Shown: positions 25,230-39,589, counted from the first letter of the whole stretch. The stretch: 63,230 nt of DNA, filler included, from Chiloscyllium plagiosum (GCF_004010195.1; 8 parts of 8 records of this genome joined end to end with filler, not necessarily neighbours in it), one strand, 5' to 3'. The notes: generated by a model from the letters alone, not told the origin. Made by a program: numbers and translations.

Positions 25230-27437
25230 CAATTTGGTTATGTCTACTTTAGCGATGCAAAGGGATAGGTTTATACCACAGGGCAAGAGATATAGCTGGG
25301 GAAAGGCAATTACAATGTGATTAGGCAAGATTTAGGATAGGTAGGATGGGGAAGGAAACTGCAGGGGATGGGCACAATTGAAATGTGGAGCTTATTCAAG
25401 GAACAGTTACTGCAGGTCCTTGATAAGTGTGTACCTGTCAGGCAGGGAGGAAGGTGTCAAGCGCAGGATCCATGGTTTACTAAGCAAGTTGAATCTCTTG
25501 TCAAGAGGAAAAAGAAGGCTTATGTTAGGATGAGATGTGAAGGCTCATTTAGGGTGCTTGAGAGTTCCAAGTTACGCAGTAAAGACATTAATGAAGAGTT
25601 AAAAAGAGCCAGGATGGGACATGAGAAGCATTGGCAAGTCGGACCAAGGCTTTGTATAGGTATATCAGGAATAAAAGAATGACTAGAGTAGGAATAGGGC
25701 CATTTAAGGATAGTAGTGGGAATCTGTGTGTGGAGTTAGAGGAGATAGGGGAAATACTATATAAATATGTTTCATCAGTATTCACACTAGAAAAAGACAA
25801 TACTGAGAATACTGAGATGCAGGCTACTGGACTAGATGAGATTGAGGTTCACAAGGAGGAGATGTTAGCAATTGTGGAAAGTATAAAAATAGATAAATCT
25901 TTTTGGCTGGGTGGGATTTATCCTGGGATTCTCTAGGAAGCCAGGGAGGTGACCGCAGAGCCTTTGGCTTTGATCTTTCTGTCGTCATTGTCTACAGGAA
26001 TAGTGCCAGTAGACTGGAGAATAGCAAATGTTGTTCCCTTGTGCAAGGGGAATAGAGACAACCCTGGTAATTATAGACAAGTGAGCCTTACTTCGGTTGT
26101 GGGCAAAGTGTTGGAAAAGGTTTTAAGAAGTTGAATTTATAAACATCCAGAAAGAAATAAGTTGATTAGGGATAGCCAACACGGTTTTGTGAAGGGTAGG
26201 TCATGCCTTACAAAACTTATTGAGTTCTTTTTGAAGGTGACTGAACAGGTAGATGAGGGTAATCTTTTTGAAGGTGACTGAACAGGTAGATGAGGGTAAC
26301 GCAGTTGATGTGGTCTATTTGGATTTCAATAAGGCATTTGATAAGGTTCCCAATGCTAAGCTATTGCACAAAATATGGAGGCACAGGATTGAGCAGTTTG
26401 AATCAGAAATTGGCTAGCTGAAAGAAAACAGAGGTTGGTGGTTGATGGGAAATGTTCAACCTGGAATTCAGTTATTAGCAGTGGATATGTTTTGGGTCCA
26501 CTACTGTTTGTCATTTTTATAAATGACCTGGATGAGGGCATGGAAGGCTGCATTAGTAAATTTGTGGATGACACTTATGTTGGTAGAGTTGTGGATAGTG
26601 TAGAAGAATGTTGTAGGTCACAGAGGGACATAGATAAGCTGCATAGCTGGGTTGAGAGTGGCACATTGTGTGAGGTAATGCACACATTGGGAGGACCAAT
26701 GGGAATGCAGTGTACTGGGCAAATGGTCAGATTCTTGGTAGTGTAGATGAGCAGAGAGATCTTAGTGTCCGTGTATATAGTACCCTGAAGGTTGCCATCC
26801 AGGTTGACAGGGTTGTTAAGAAGGCAGATGGTATGTTAGCTTTTATTAATAGAGGGTTTGATTTTCTGAACCATGAAGTCATGCTGCAGCTGTACAGAAC
26901 TCTGGTACGGCTTCACTTGAAGTGTTGCGTACAATTCTGGTCACTGCATTATAGGAAGGATTTGAAAGCTTTGGAAAGGGTTCAGAGGAGATTTACCAGG
27001 ATGTTACCTGGTATGGAAGGAAGGTCTTACGAAGAAAGGCTGAGGGATATGAGGCTGTTTTTGTTGGAGAGAATAAGGTTCAGATGTGACTTAATTGAGA
27101 CATATGAGATAACTAGAGGGTTAGATAAGGTGGACAGTGAAAGCCTTTTTCCTCAGATGGTGATGGCTAGCATGAGGGGGCATAGCTTTAAATTGAGGGG
27201 TAATAGATATAGGGCAGATGTCAGAGGTAGTTTCTTTACTCAGAGAGTAGTAGGAGCATGGAATGCACTACCTGCAACAGTAGTCGACTCGCCAAATTTC
27301 AGGGCATTTAAATGGCTGTTGGATAGGCATATGGCCAAAAATGAAATGGTGTAGCTTAGGTGGGCTTCAGATTGGTTCAATAGGTTGGCGCAATATCGAA
27401 GGATGAAGGGCCCATACTGCGCTATTATGTTCTATGT
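25230..27437 (+). mobile_element. 5'-truncated CR1 LINE (RT domain and 3' tail)
   Basis: DWRIANVVP, PGNYRQVSLTS, LGPLLFVIFINDL, SKFVDDT, FFTQRVVGAWNALP; TATGTTCTATGTT tail. Confidence 0.9.
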
Positions 27438-28334
27438 TTTCAATGGTACAATGCTATGTGAATTCTCACGGCAGTGAGATGGATCTTTGAGACAGAAAAT
27501 GACCAGGAATCTTTGAGTTTGGGAAAACTCCCTGATGACAACCAACTGTTTCATCCATTTGCAATTTGTTGCAATCTGTAATTGCAGAGCAGCTTGAGAC
27601 ACCCAGAACTGTAAAGAGAAATTATCTCCCACTTTGCATTCTTGCTGTGAAATTGAAAAGACAAAAGAAAACACAAAACCTAAATGAAACAAAACAACAA
27701 CATACCTTAGTTGATATATCAGCTAGCGAACTGTCAATCTGCTATTTTGGAGAAGACTGTCACTCTATAGACAAAGCATGTCATCATTGAATGTAGCAAA
27801 AGCATTATAAGATAAAATGTAAAATACCCTTAAGATTTGGACAACGAATTTTAACAAATGGGCAACTCATCATAACAATCCTGAATTGGCATACTTAGAA
27901 ATAATTTTGAAATAATTTTATACACCATTGATTTCAATGTGCCGGATTTAAAATAAAATCCCATTCATTGTCTTCATAAACAATAAACTACTTTATAAGC
28001 CAATTTGTGTTCATGTCTGATATGAGCTGATAAACTTTCATTGTAAAACAGCTGTAACAGATGCAATGGACAATCGGTGGCAATTCTATCCAAGCTAAAT
28101 CGATAATATCATGCATATCCCACCCTGCCCCCACTCTACTTTTTATATCGGGGGGAGGATTGGCGTCCTATTTTACATATAAAACTTGACTCCAGATTCC
28201 TGGCTGCAATAAGCGAACCATCTTCCTTTTCAAAAACAATTTCAAAGATTGGTTAGTTTTTTTTATTGATCCTAAACATTATACATGGAATGTTGTTTAT
28301 GGTTCCACTCTGAGTGGCTGGCCTGAATAGTCGC

Positions 28335-29077
28335 TGTGGGATATAGGTAAATTAATGTTACTTCTGCAATTCTGCAATTATAATTTCTGATACAAGGTGA
28401 ATGAACTCACATCAGTGTGTAATTGATTCAGCCAGGAGCTGAGTCAACAAGAATAGAAACGATGTGGAGGAAATATATAATTGTTTTTGTATTAGCTAAA
28501 ATTGTATGCCAGAATGAAACGTGACAGCAAAACAATGGTAGATATTACGGGCAAATAGATAAGATGTTGTGAGGGGATGAAGTTAAGCTAGATACGCCTG
28601 TATAAACAGAAGGTATAAACATCTGTTTCCCACTGTTACAGAGACACAGGAACAAACCCCAATTAAAAGGGTCATAGGGATCAGAGTGTACTCAGGAAAG
28701 GCACAGATGGAGGGGGTAGATAATGAAGAAGAAAGAATATGCCTAACAATGACCTACAGCGGGATGAGGTCAAACAGCCTTGTGAGGCCAGAAATAAGCA
28801 TTTTGTCACAGACAAGGCCGGATAAGGCAAGAGATAAACAGGAGAAATGGGGCCAGTCTTAGGGAAGTGGAGGATATAAACAGGGGAGGAGCAGTGTAAA
28901 ACAAAAGAAACCAAATTATATAAATATTGTGTATGAATTGAATTTGGGGTGTGTATATCCTCTGCCTGATAGGCACTGGACATCACACCCTCTTGCAAGT
29001 GTAAAATAAAGGACACTGCTGATTCAGATTTTGTCTCGGACTGCAATTATTGAAGTGTGTGAGCGTTGTTTCTCACA
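28335..29077 (+). mobile_element. ERV 5' LTR of a second provirus
   Basis: TGTGGGATATAGG...TTTCTCACA; homologous to but clearly diverged from 16972-17651. Confidence 0.9.
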
Positions 29078-29079
29078 AT

Positions 29080-29097
29080 TGGGGGCTCGTCCCGGAT
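29080..29097 (+). promoter_or_regulatory. Primer binding site, tRNA-Pro
   Basis: TGGGGGCTCGTCCCGGAT directly after the LTR; one mismatch to the canonical Pro PBS TGGGGGCTCGTCCGGGAT. Leader and gag start (IPPESPLGRML) follow up to 29541. Confidence 0.85.
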
Positions 29098-30067
29098 GTT
29101 CTTCCATCACCCGGGGGGGGGAGTGGCTGGCCCGGGACAGTGGGAAGACGGGTCCCGTTCCCCATTGAGGGGCAGTCTCGTGTCCCGGTTTGGTCCGCTC
29201 CCTTGGGCAACTGGTACGGATCCCACAAGAGAGACATCTGAATCAGACAGTGTTAGGAGCTCGATAGAAAATACAGCGAAAAGGGGCCAGGCAACTCTGT
29301 GCACAGACCAAGGTAAGAAAATTGACTTTTAAGTATTGCCTTGGTGGCCGGGATTGAGTTTTAGTAGTTAATAAGGGACTAACGAAGGAACTCAATATGG
29401 ATTGTGCCGTGGGTGAGGAAAAAGCCTCCGGGAAAATAAAAGAAGAACAATTCAATGGAAATGGAGGCGGGGTCCCTTACAACATTCCTCCGGAAAGTCC
29501 TTTGGGCAGGATGTTGTGGAAATTGGCAAAATAATACTTGTNNNNNNNNNNNNNNNNNNNNNNNNNNNNNNNNNNNNNNNNNNNNTTAATTAATTAANNN
29601 NNNNNNNNNNNNNNNNNNNNNNNNNNNNNNNNNNNNNNNNNTCCCATAGAGTTTGAACAATTTGGAGCTGCTGTCCAAGTATTCTTGAAAAAATGTTGAA
29701 ATGTTACTTTCATTGTACAAATATTCTGGAACAGTCCCTGGTTGTTGGAAGGTGTTAATAACTAACATGGTTTATGTATTGTCAAAACAGGTGGGCTGTG
29801 TTCTCCGTCATAGTGTCAAGCTCATTGTGTTCAGGTCTGTTGTGATTTGTAGTAGTGTCCCTGATTCTGTGCTAGGTGGCCTGTATTCATTTACATTTTG
29901 GAATAGTGTAGGTGGGATGGGCTTCAGATTAGTATGACAGGGCAGCGCAACATCTAGGGTCGAAGAGCCTGTACTGCGCTGTAATGTTCTATGTTCTATG
30001 ATTCACTCTGACTTCTCTCCGGGGGTACTGCCAGCTGTTGGGTATTTCCAGCAGCACGGCACCTCGT

Positions 30068-30390
30068 GGGGCAGCACGTTGGTTCCGTGGTTAGTGCTGC
30101 TGCCTCACAGTGCTAGGGACTCGAGTTCCATTCCAGCCTCGGGTGACTGTCTGTGTGGAATTGCCACTTTCTCCCCATGTCTGTGTGCGTTTCCTCCCAC
30201 ACTCCAAAGATGTGCAAGTTGGGGGAATTGCAAATGTTGTGTTCAGTGATTGGGAGGTTAGGTGCATTAGTCAGGGTTAACTGTAGCATAACAGGGTAGG
30301 GGAATGGGTCTGGATGCATTACTTTTCAGAGGGTGGGTGTGGACTTGTTAACCCAAATGGCCTGTTTGCACATACTGTAGAATTTCGATG
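30068..30390 (+). mobile_element. HE1-like V-SINE
   Basis: A/B boxes and V-domain. Confidence 0.75.
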
Positions 30391-30729
30391 AATCTGCATT
30401 TCCTTGGTTTGTATTTTGTGAAACGTCTCTGCTCTTCACAGCAATCCAGTGAAAGTGTCAGTTGGTGAGATCTTCAAACAGTTACTGGGGTGGGATCAGG
30501 ATGTTCTTCTTCCTAAATTATATGGTAATGGTCAATGTCGAGGGCATGTTTCTAAAGAGGGAACCAATGATCCTGATCAGCAACTGGTAGGAAACAACAA
30601 TAAACCCCAGTTATGCTGTAGACTCAGCGGGAGCATACTGGCAAACGTTTACAGCTGAGGATACATTTGAGTAACTGATAAGGTCAAATTAACAGAAACT
30701 GACATGCTCAATTGGTCATTCTATTGAAG

Positions 30730-31035
30730 AGACACCGTCTCCCCCCACGCTTTATGGCCTGGTCTCCTCCTGTCAGGAGCACAACACCGGTTCTGTGATC
30801 TTTGGTTGTTTGGCGATGGACTATTCCCCTGACGTCACCGAGGTAACCTGGAAGAAAGGTGGGGAGCTAATCAAGACTGGATTGAAGACTTACCCATCAG
30901 TGAGTAACAAGAAGGGAACCTACACCCTGAGCAGCCAGTTAACCCTGCCCGGGTCAGCGGTAGATTGCCCCAGCAAAATCTCCTCTGAGGTTCAACACAG
31001 CGGGACACACAAGAGCAAAGAAATGCCATGTCCAG
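30730..31035 (+). CDS. IGHM: IgM heavy chain Cmu1 exon (F-strand Cys replaced by Ser)
   Basis: AG acceptor and GTACG donor, phase 1; [15 protein letters not shown]...[19 protein letters not shown]...[19 protein letters not shown] matches shark Cmu1. Confidence 0.9.
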
Positions 31036-33847
31036 GTACGTGTTGTAGGAACTGTGATAAACAGATCATCTGTGATTAACATGAATAAGGCATTGTTTAT
31101 AACTGTTTTCACAGACTCACCTTATACAGCACAGGAAAAAGGCCCTTTGATCCACCCAATTCACACCTATCAATAACAGCCACCTAATTATTCCAGTCTC
31201 ATGTGCCAGCCTTGTGTGACTTGCCCCTGCAAGGATACTTCATACTTATTATGAGGGGCTCAGTCTCTACATGACTTATAGGTGCTGAGCTCTTGTTTTC
31301 CCCTGAGATCCACTTGGAACCTCCTGGCCTTACCTTCACCCTGTGCCCCTGAGGCAATGGTTTCTCCATCAAGGGGAAAGGTTTCATCCAGTTTACCCTG
31401 TCTATGCCTAAAATAATTCTAGATATCATGATGATCTTCTCCCTAATTCTCCTCTGCTCCAAGGAAAACCCCTGTCTATCTAAACTAGTTTCATAATTAA
31501 AACCCTCCAACCCAGGCAAGACCCTGGCAAATCTCATCAATACTGCCTTCAGTGTAATCACATTCCTTCCATAACATGCACACAACACTTCAGTATGGCC
31601 TAACCAGTGTTTTATTAAGTTCCAGTATCATCTCACCACTCTTCATTGTCAATGTCTCGGCTAATAAAAGCAAGTATCCTCCCACTTTCTTAGCCTCTTT
31701 ATCCAGACGACACAGTACTATAGGGGATCGGTGGGTACATGCACCAAAGATCCTCAGGCCTTTCCAGGGTTCCACCATTCAAAACGTCATACCTCACAGA
31801 TTCTTCTGCCGAATTACATCACCCTACATTTATTCAGAATAATTTTCATTTGCAACTTTTCTCTTCACATACAATCAACCCTTTTATATCCTCCTGCAAT
31901 CTAAAGCCATTATGCTCATGACTTACCAACATGACAGTTTTCATTTCATCTGTGAATTCACTGGTTAATCCTCCTAAATTTGAGTCTCAATCATTGGTAT
32001 GTAAGAGAAATAGCACTGAAATCAACACTAATCCCTCCAGAACACCAGGAGACATAGATTTCCAGTCACGCAGACACCCGATGACTATTAACCCCTGCTC
32101 CCATCACTCAGCCAGTTCTAGATCCAATCTGTCAAATTAACTCGGATCCCATTGGCTCTGGTTATTGCTATCATCTGGACATCGAGTTATCTCTATGAAA
32201 ACTACTATCAAATTGTTACACGTGACTTCCTCTCAATAAAACCGCGCTGAAAATTGTTGATTTAACTTCCAAATGAAGACTAATTTCACTTCTCAATAGT
32301 TTCCATACCACTGAGACTAGCTTGACAGATCTGTGTTTTCAATATTTATCCCTTCCTTCGTCCTGCATAACAGTGCAACGTTAGCTGATCTACACTCACT
32401 TGGCACAACTGCTGTGGTCAGACAGGAATTCTAAATTATTGTCAGCAACCCAACTATTTCATCCTTTGCATCGCTCAACCGCTTGGTATACTTTTCATCT
32501 GCCCTGGAAATATAACCACTTTTCATTCAGCAAGACAACACAGAACATCACATCATGTGTCCTAATTTCTGAAAACTACATCACAACACNNNNNNNNNNN
32601 NNNNNNNNNNNNNNNNNNNNNNNNNNNNNNNNNNNNNNNNNNNNNNNNNNNNNNNNNNNNNNNNNNNNNNNNNNNNNNNNNNNNNNNNNNNNNNNNNNNN
32701 NNNNNNNNNNNNNNNNNNNNNNNNNNNNNNNNNNNNNNNNNNNNNNNNNNNNNNNNNNNNNNNNNNNNNNNNNNNNNNNNNNNNNNNNNNNNNNNNNNNN
32801 NNNNNNNNNNNNNNNNNNNNNNNNNNNNNNNNNNNNNNNNNNNNNNNNNNNNNNNNNNNNNNNNNNNNNNNNNNNNNNNNNNNNNNNNNNNNNNNNNNNN
32901 NNNNNNNNNNNNNNNNNNNNNNNNNNNNNNNNNNNNNNNNNNNNNNNNNNNNNNNNNNNNNNNNNNNNNNNNNNNNNNNNNNNNNNNNNNNNNNNNNNNN
33001 NNNNNNNNNNNNNNNNNNNNNNNNNNNNNNNNNNNNNNNNNNNNNNNNNNNNNNNNNNNNNNNNNNNNNNNNNNNNNNNNNNNNNNNNNNNNNNNNNNNN
33101 NNNNNNNNNNNNNNNNNNNNNNNNNNNNNNNNNNNNNNNNNNNNNNNNNNNNNNNNNNNNNNNNNNNNNNNNNNNNNNNNNNNNNNNNNNNNNNNNNNNN
33201 NNNNNNNNNNNNNNNNNNNNNNNNNNNNNNNNNNNNTTTTGGACCAATAGTAAGGTCTATCGTGCTCTCCCAATGGTTATGTTTGCTGTGTTTTGGTTTT
33301 GAAGTACTGTCCATTTGCCTTTGTTCAAGGAGGTATCCATGATTTTATTTCTCTTTCCAGCCTAAAATACTCTTGTCAGAATTGCGACAGAAGCAACATT
33401 CTGTACCGCACACCCCCGCCCCCATCCTTTTCCATCTTTCCCTGTCTCGCTTGAAGGCACTAAATCCTGTTATATTGAATAGCCACTCCTGCCCGGCTCT
33501 CAATATGTCTCTGTGATAGCAACGGCATCATATCTTCATTTATGCCAGTAATTCGTCTGCCTTGTTCATCAGACTCTGTCATTAAAACGAATACCATCCA
33601 ACGTTGCTATCTCCCTTCTGATGTTACCGGACTATAGTTTCTATGCCTCCTTGACTCCCTTGCTGTGTCCTCTAACTTTAGCCTTTCACATTGTCCTGCT
33701 GGTCTTTCTGTGTGGATCCCAGCTTCTCCAGCACTCTGCACAATTATGATTCCTGTGTCCATTAACCACAGGAAACCTTGATATATGAGAACTGATTGTA
33801 TTTGTTATGAAATTCGTCAGATAATGTATGTGATGTGTTTCCTAAAG

Positions 33848-34159
33848 ATCCAGATATTCTCCCACCAACTCTTCTCCTAACTGTGCGCTCCAGTGAAGAA
33901 ATCGCAAGCAGCAAGTTTGCAACCGTCGTCTGTTCAATCATCGAGTTCCATCCGAAGTCAATCTCCGTGAGTTGGTTGAAAAATGGCCGACGCTTGGATT
34001 CTGGCTTCTTCACGTCTCCCGTGTGTGAGGCGAACGGGAACTTCTCGGTGACGAGTCGGCTGATGGTCCCTTATGGTGAATGGTACAACAGTGCGGTCTA
34101 TACCTGCCAGGTCACTCATGGAGAGAACACTCAAAGTAAAAACATCACCGCACTCCAGG
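33848..34159 (+). CDS. IGHM: IgM heavy chain Cmu2 exon
   Basis: [42 protein letters not shown]...AVYTCQVTH; GTAAGA donor; alternative in-frame acceptor 6 nt downstream. Confidence 0.9.
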
Positions 34160-36052
34160 GTAAGAGACACAGACTGAGAGAGCTACAAATCATTCTGAAC
34201 TCTGATGTGAATCAAACACACTAATTTATCAGGCGGAGTAAACAGCATGGTACAACTTCTCATTTCCCAACATGTCACGTATCTCATTTCAGTTTGAGTG
34301 TTACATTAGCATTGCTCATAATTCAACCTTTTGGCAAGTCAAAAAAGCATGTTTCCTCTCTGTTGAAGATAGATATATAGACAGTGAGCTTTGTTAAATA
34401 GTTTGTTGCCTGACCATGCTGGGAGAGGCATTCAGAGTGCTGAATCCTTGCCTGGTAGCTGCTTCGAGGATAGGTTTGGGGTGGAGGGCGATATTGGAGA
34501 GATATGTGATTGAAACATAGAAAATACTGAGAGACTGAGGTCGAGTGAATGTGGAATAGATGCTTTGACTGGTAGGCGAGACTAGGACCCAAGGGCACAG
34601 TCTCAGGGTCAAAGGGGCACGGTTTAGAACTGAGATGGGGAGGGATTTCTTCAGCCAGAGGGTAATGAGTCTGTGGAACATGTTGCTGCACAGGGCTGTG
34701 GAGACCAGGCCATTGTGTGTACTCAAGCCAGAGATAGATCGGCTCTTGTTTAGTACGGGGAGGAGGCAGGAGAATGGCTTTAGCCCGAAATGTCGATTTT
34801 TCTGCTCGTCGGATGCTGCCTCACCTGCTGTGATTTTCCAGCATCGTTCTGATCTAAACTCTGGATTGGCCGAACAGCCTTATTCTGATCCTCTATCAAA
34901 TTGACGTGGTGAAAATATGCAGTGACCCTTACTTGAAAATAAATCATAATGCGTTCAATGCTTCATTCCCTGCTCAGGAATGACCTGTTGGTTGGACATT
35001 GTACGACATCGATTTTCATCTGGTACTGAGCTCTTTAACTTCATTTATGGGATCAGACCACAGACCAAGTGGTTATCACATTTGATGAACTGGGATAAAC
35101 GTGATCTCACTGAGCTGCTTTAAGATGCTCTCTGTAATTAGTGGATAAGGCAGGAGAATAAATTCTGGTGGGAATACTACAATAGGGATGAATGAACTAG
35201 GAACTCAAGACAGGCTGATTTAGCCTGGTTTGGGGTGGCGCTGTTTACACAGTGAGTAGTGGATGTCTATAAAATTAGTGACATTTCCATCGCGTTTGTA
35301 GATTAATTTAAGACGCTTTTGTTTGTTTTTTTCTCTCCTGCTCTATGAAGAAATTTAAAAATGCAGCTTGGTAAATAAAGTGAAAGTACAGACCAGTCAT
35401 GAACTAACTGAATGGAGGGAAAGATTTAAGGAGATGGGTGTCCTTCCCGCTATCCAATGCTGTACTCAATGTCTTGTTTTCAGATCTATTCCAAACACAG
35501 CCCAAGAGGAACAATAACATAAATTAGAGAATGACATCACACCAATAACGCAAAGTATTTTTGATCACGTTAAATATAATGAACAGAATTTCCATGGCTG
35601 TTCACCACTCCTGTAACACTTTAGAACTCTGCAAAAAGAATAATTATCATTTATTATAATCTGTCCAAAATTTGGGATGTGATTTGGCAGTCAGTGTGAC
35701 CAGCAGCACTTGCACTTAAAGGTTATGAACATGGAAATGAAATCATTATATTCAGATTACTCTTGTCACAAGTATCAATAGATGGTCTTAAGTGAGTGAC
35801 AAACTCCGAAAGAAAGATAATTCCATGGGTGACATGATGGTATCTTCGATGATTTTACTTTTTTCACAGGTTTCACTTGTTACAAAGCCAGTGCTCTTTA
35901 GGAATAATTACACAGGGTGTGTTATAGGTAATCACAAATACTTTCACAGATCNNNNNNNNNNNNNNNNNNNNNNNNNNNNNNNNNNNNNNNNNNNNTTAA
36001 TTAATTAANNNNNNNNNNNNNNNNNNNNNNNNNNNNNNNNNNNNNNNNNNNN

Positions 36053-36269
36053 GTCAAATCCAAAACGCTCACCATCCATTGGAATGCTTCCACATGGAAC
36101 TCTGTGGGTTCGATGGTTACTGAGGCAATAGACTCTGACGGGGCATACAGCATCATCAGCCACATAAGAGTGCCGACGGAAGCTTGGAACCATGATCCTG
36201 TCTGCAGTTGCTCAGCTGAAATCAACTCAAAAGAAATTCTCATCTCTGAATGTGTTTCACAAAAGAAAG
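36053..36269 (+). CDS. Partial Ig C1-set exon of an uncharacterised IgSF receptor
   Basis: Open frame VKSKTLTIHWNAS...DSDGAYSIISHIRVPTEAWNHDPVCSCSAE...SQKK; phase-1 GTAACG donor; 5' part lost in the gap. Confidence 0.75.
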
Positions 36270-37029
36270 GTAACGATTAAATGTCACTTCAATTTTTGTT
36301 GTAAGGTCGAACTATAGCTGCATTATTAGCAATACGAAATGTTATATTCCAAAAGCTGCCTTGTTTAATTATCTTACAACTTGTAACTTTCATTCACAAA
36401 TACTTCTGATGTTTAGCTTTCTATATCATTGACATTTGTTTGCGCTTGACATTCTTCTGTAGTGGAGGATATGAATTAATTTGAAATTTTGCCGACTGAG
36501 GTTGGGAAATGCAATTTTCATTTTGTGACTTTAGTCTTACTGCCTTTGAATAGTATCTGTATTTCATGGCATTTGCAAAACATTTGAAAATACTATTTAG
36601 GTCAGTAGAGAACAAAGAACAAAGAAAATTACAGTGCAGGAACAGTCCCTTCAGTCCTCTAGATCCTCTGTCTCAACTTGTCGCCTGTTTTCTAAGAATC
36701 TATATCCCTCTGCTCTCTGCCCAATGATTTATAGCAGCACGGGCCTGGGCTCAATTCCAGCTTTGGTGATTGCCTGCGTGGAATTTGAATATTCTCCCCG
36801 TGTCTGTATGGGTTTCCTCCAGGTGCTCTGGTTTCCTCCCACAATCCGAAGATGTGCTGGTTAGGTGAATTAGTTATGATAAATTGTCCATAATGTTCAG
36901 TGATGTGTAAATTGGGGAAATTGGTCAGGGGCAAATATAAGGTAGGGAATGGGCCTGGTGGGTTACTCTTTGGAGCGTTAGTGTGCACTTGTGGTCCTGA
37001 AAGGACTGTTTCCACACTGTACTGATTCT

Positions 37030-38730
37030 GACATATTTTAAATGACTCGAATATGCCTGCCTCTACCACCTCCGCTGGAAATACGTTGTCTCCATCACCC
37101 TCTGCATAAACAACTTCCTATGCATTACTCCCTGAAACATTTCTCCTCTCACCTTGAACTCGTGATCCCCATTACTTTTGACCATACTTTTAGAAGAAGC
37201 GTCTTGCTATCCACCCTGTCTACACCTCTCAAGATTTTGTAGACCTCAATCAAGCCACCTTCAACCTCCTTATTTCTAGTGAAAGAAATCCTGATCTTCT
37301 CTTCGCAACCAGTGCCCTCCATACCAGGCAACATGCTTGAAACTCCTCTGCACCCTCCCCAAAGCATCCACATCCTTTTGACAATGTGGTGAACAGAATT
37401 TATGCAGTATTCCAAATGTGGCCGAACTAAGTCTTATACAACTGTAACATGAGCTGCCAACTCTTGTATTCAATACACCGATTGATGAAGAAAAGCATGC
37501 CTATTGCCTTCTTGACCACTATTACGACTTGCATTGCCACCTTCAGGATACAATGGACCTGAACACCCAAATCTATCTGTGCATCAATTTTTCCCAGTAC
37601 CTTTCCATTTAACATGTAGTTCGCTCTTGAATTTGACTTTCCAAAATGCATCACTTCGTATTTGCCCAAAGTGAACACCATCTGCCATTTCTCTGCCAAA
37701 CTCTCCACTCTATCTCTATTCTGCTGTATCTCTGACAGTCGCCTTCACTATGTACTACTTCACCAACTTTAATGTCATCTGCTCACTTGCTAATGAGAAC
37801 ACCTATACCTTCCTCCAGATCACTTTTGTATATCACAAACAACAGTGATCCCAGGATAGATCACTGTGGAAAAGCATTGGTCACAGTTCTCCATTTTGAG
37901 AAACTCCTTTCCACTAATACTCTCTGTCTCCTGTTGCCCATCGAGCTAGTACACCCTGGACCCCATGCGACTTCACTTTCTTCATCAGCCTACCATGGGA
38001 AACCTGAACAAATACCTTACTTCACTTCATGTATAGGACATCCAAAGGCCTTCCGTCATCAATCAATTTTGTTACTTCCTCAAACAGTTCTACTAAGTTG
38101 GCAAGATTTGACATTCCTTGAACAAAACCATGTAGCCTATCACTGAGAAGCAAGTTTTCTTCCAAATGGGAATAAATCCTATCCCTCAGTATCTTCTCCA
38201 GCAACTTCCTTACCACTGACGTCAGGATCACTGGCCTATAATTACCTGGGCTATCCCTGCTACTCTTCCAAAACAAGAGGACAAAATTAGTAATTGTCTA
38301 GTCTTCTGGTACAATACCTGTTCTAGGATGCTGCAAGGATATCTGTTAAGGCCCCGGATACTTCCTCTCTCGATTCCCTCAGTAACCTGCAATAGGTCCC
38401 ATCCAGACCTGGAGACTTGTCCACTATAATACCTTTTAGAAAACCTAACACCTCCTACCTCCTTATGCTGACTTGACCTAGATTAATCAAGCATCTATCC
38501 TTAACCTCAACATCTGTAAAGACCCTCTCGTCGGTGAATATCAATGCAAAGTCCTCGTTAGAATATGACCCATTTTCTCTGACTCCACACATAACTTTCC
38601 TCCTTTATCCTTGAATGTGCCAACCCTTTGTCTAGTTACCCTCTTGCTCCTCATATATGAATAAAAGGCTTTGGGATTTTCCTTAACCCAGTTGCTAACG
38701 ATATTTCATGACACCTTTGAGTCCTCTTTA
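37030..38730 (-). mobile_element. CR1 LINE ORF2 fragment
   Basis: SPGNYRPVILTSVVRKLLEKILRDRI, LAEKWQMVF, GLIEVYKILRG. Confidence 0.85.
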
Positions 38731-39589
38731 TACCTCATAGTTAAATGTAGGATTTCCCGTATGCCGCCCAAACCGACTAGGTGCAATTATTTAGCTCAGT
38801 AGGTAAATGTAGGTTTTCCCGTATCCCTCTCAAATGCAATATGTATATTTTCATATCGTTTCCCCTGAATTTTCACAAGGGATTATTATACAAGTATTCC
38901 TTCAGCCACAATCTCTTTAGATACATCACATTCCTTATTTTCATCGTTATCGTGATTTGTATATGTATAGCTCCAGCTATGCACAAAATGGTTCACCCCA
39001 AATCTCAAATGATGTATTGGTAAATCCATTATCATTGTCGCTATTAGGTTATTTTTGCATTAGCATTGGGAAATTCTTATCTAATTTTATTTGATTAAAG
39101 CATGAAGATCTCTGTCAAAACAACACTTTTCAAATGCAAGAAGTTCATGTTTTCCCAATCTTTTATGACTGATAAAACCATAAATTCTAGGGTCATTCTC
39201 GAAAATTGTTATTTTACCTTCCACAGAATGCATCAAACATTTGCTAAACCAAGTACAGAAATATCCATGTTACTCCACGTTTTGACACATCAATGTTAAT
39301 TTGGCGGACTCCACTTCTTGAAATGCGATGCTATCCATCATATGATTACCTTTCTTCTTTGACTTTATTTGACAATAATGCCCACATTAATGCAATCATT
39401 TGTTAACATATATAGGCAAATAAGCTTTATTGTACTCACTTAGATGATGTATTTCGAGGTAGAATGCAAACTTTTTAATATATCCAAACCAAAATTAAAC
39501 GAGGAATGAGGAAAAACAAACAAACATGATGAAGTAACCATTATAAGCATTCAGTGATTACTGCCAAGTGGTTTACAATTCTAAATTGG

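Noticed and set aside
30730-34159. IgM1gj or IgW
   Set aside because: Both exons match conventional Cmu1 and Cmu2; IgM1gj lacks Cmu2.
38880-39019. Hydrophobic stretch ITFLIFIVIVICICIAP as the TM exon of the C1 receptor
   Set aside because: No acceptor gives this frame in phase 1; 41987-42100 fits cleanly. It could be a decayed exon.
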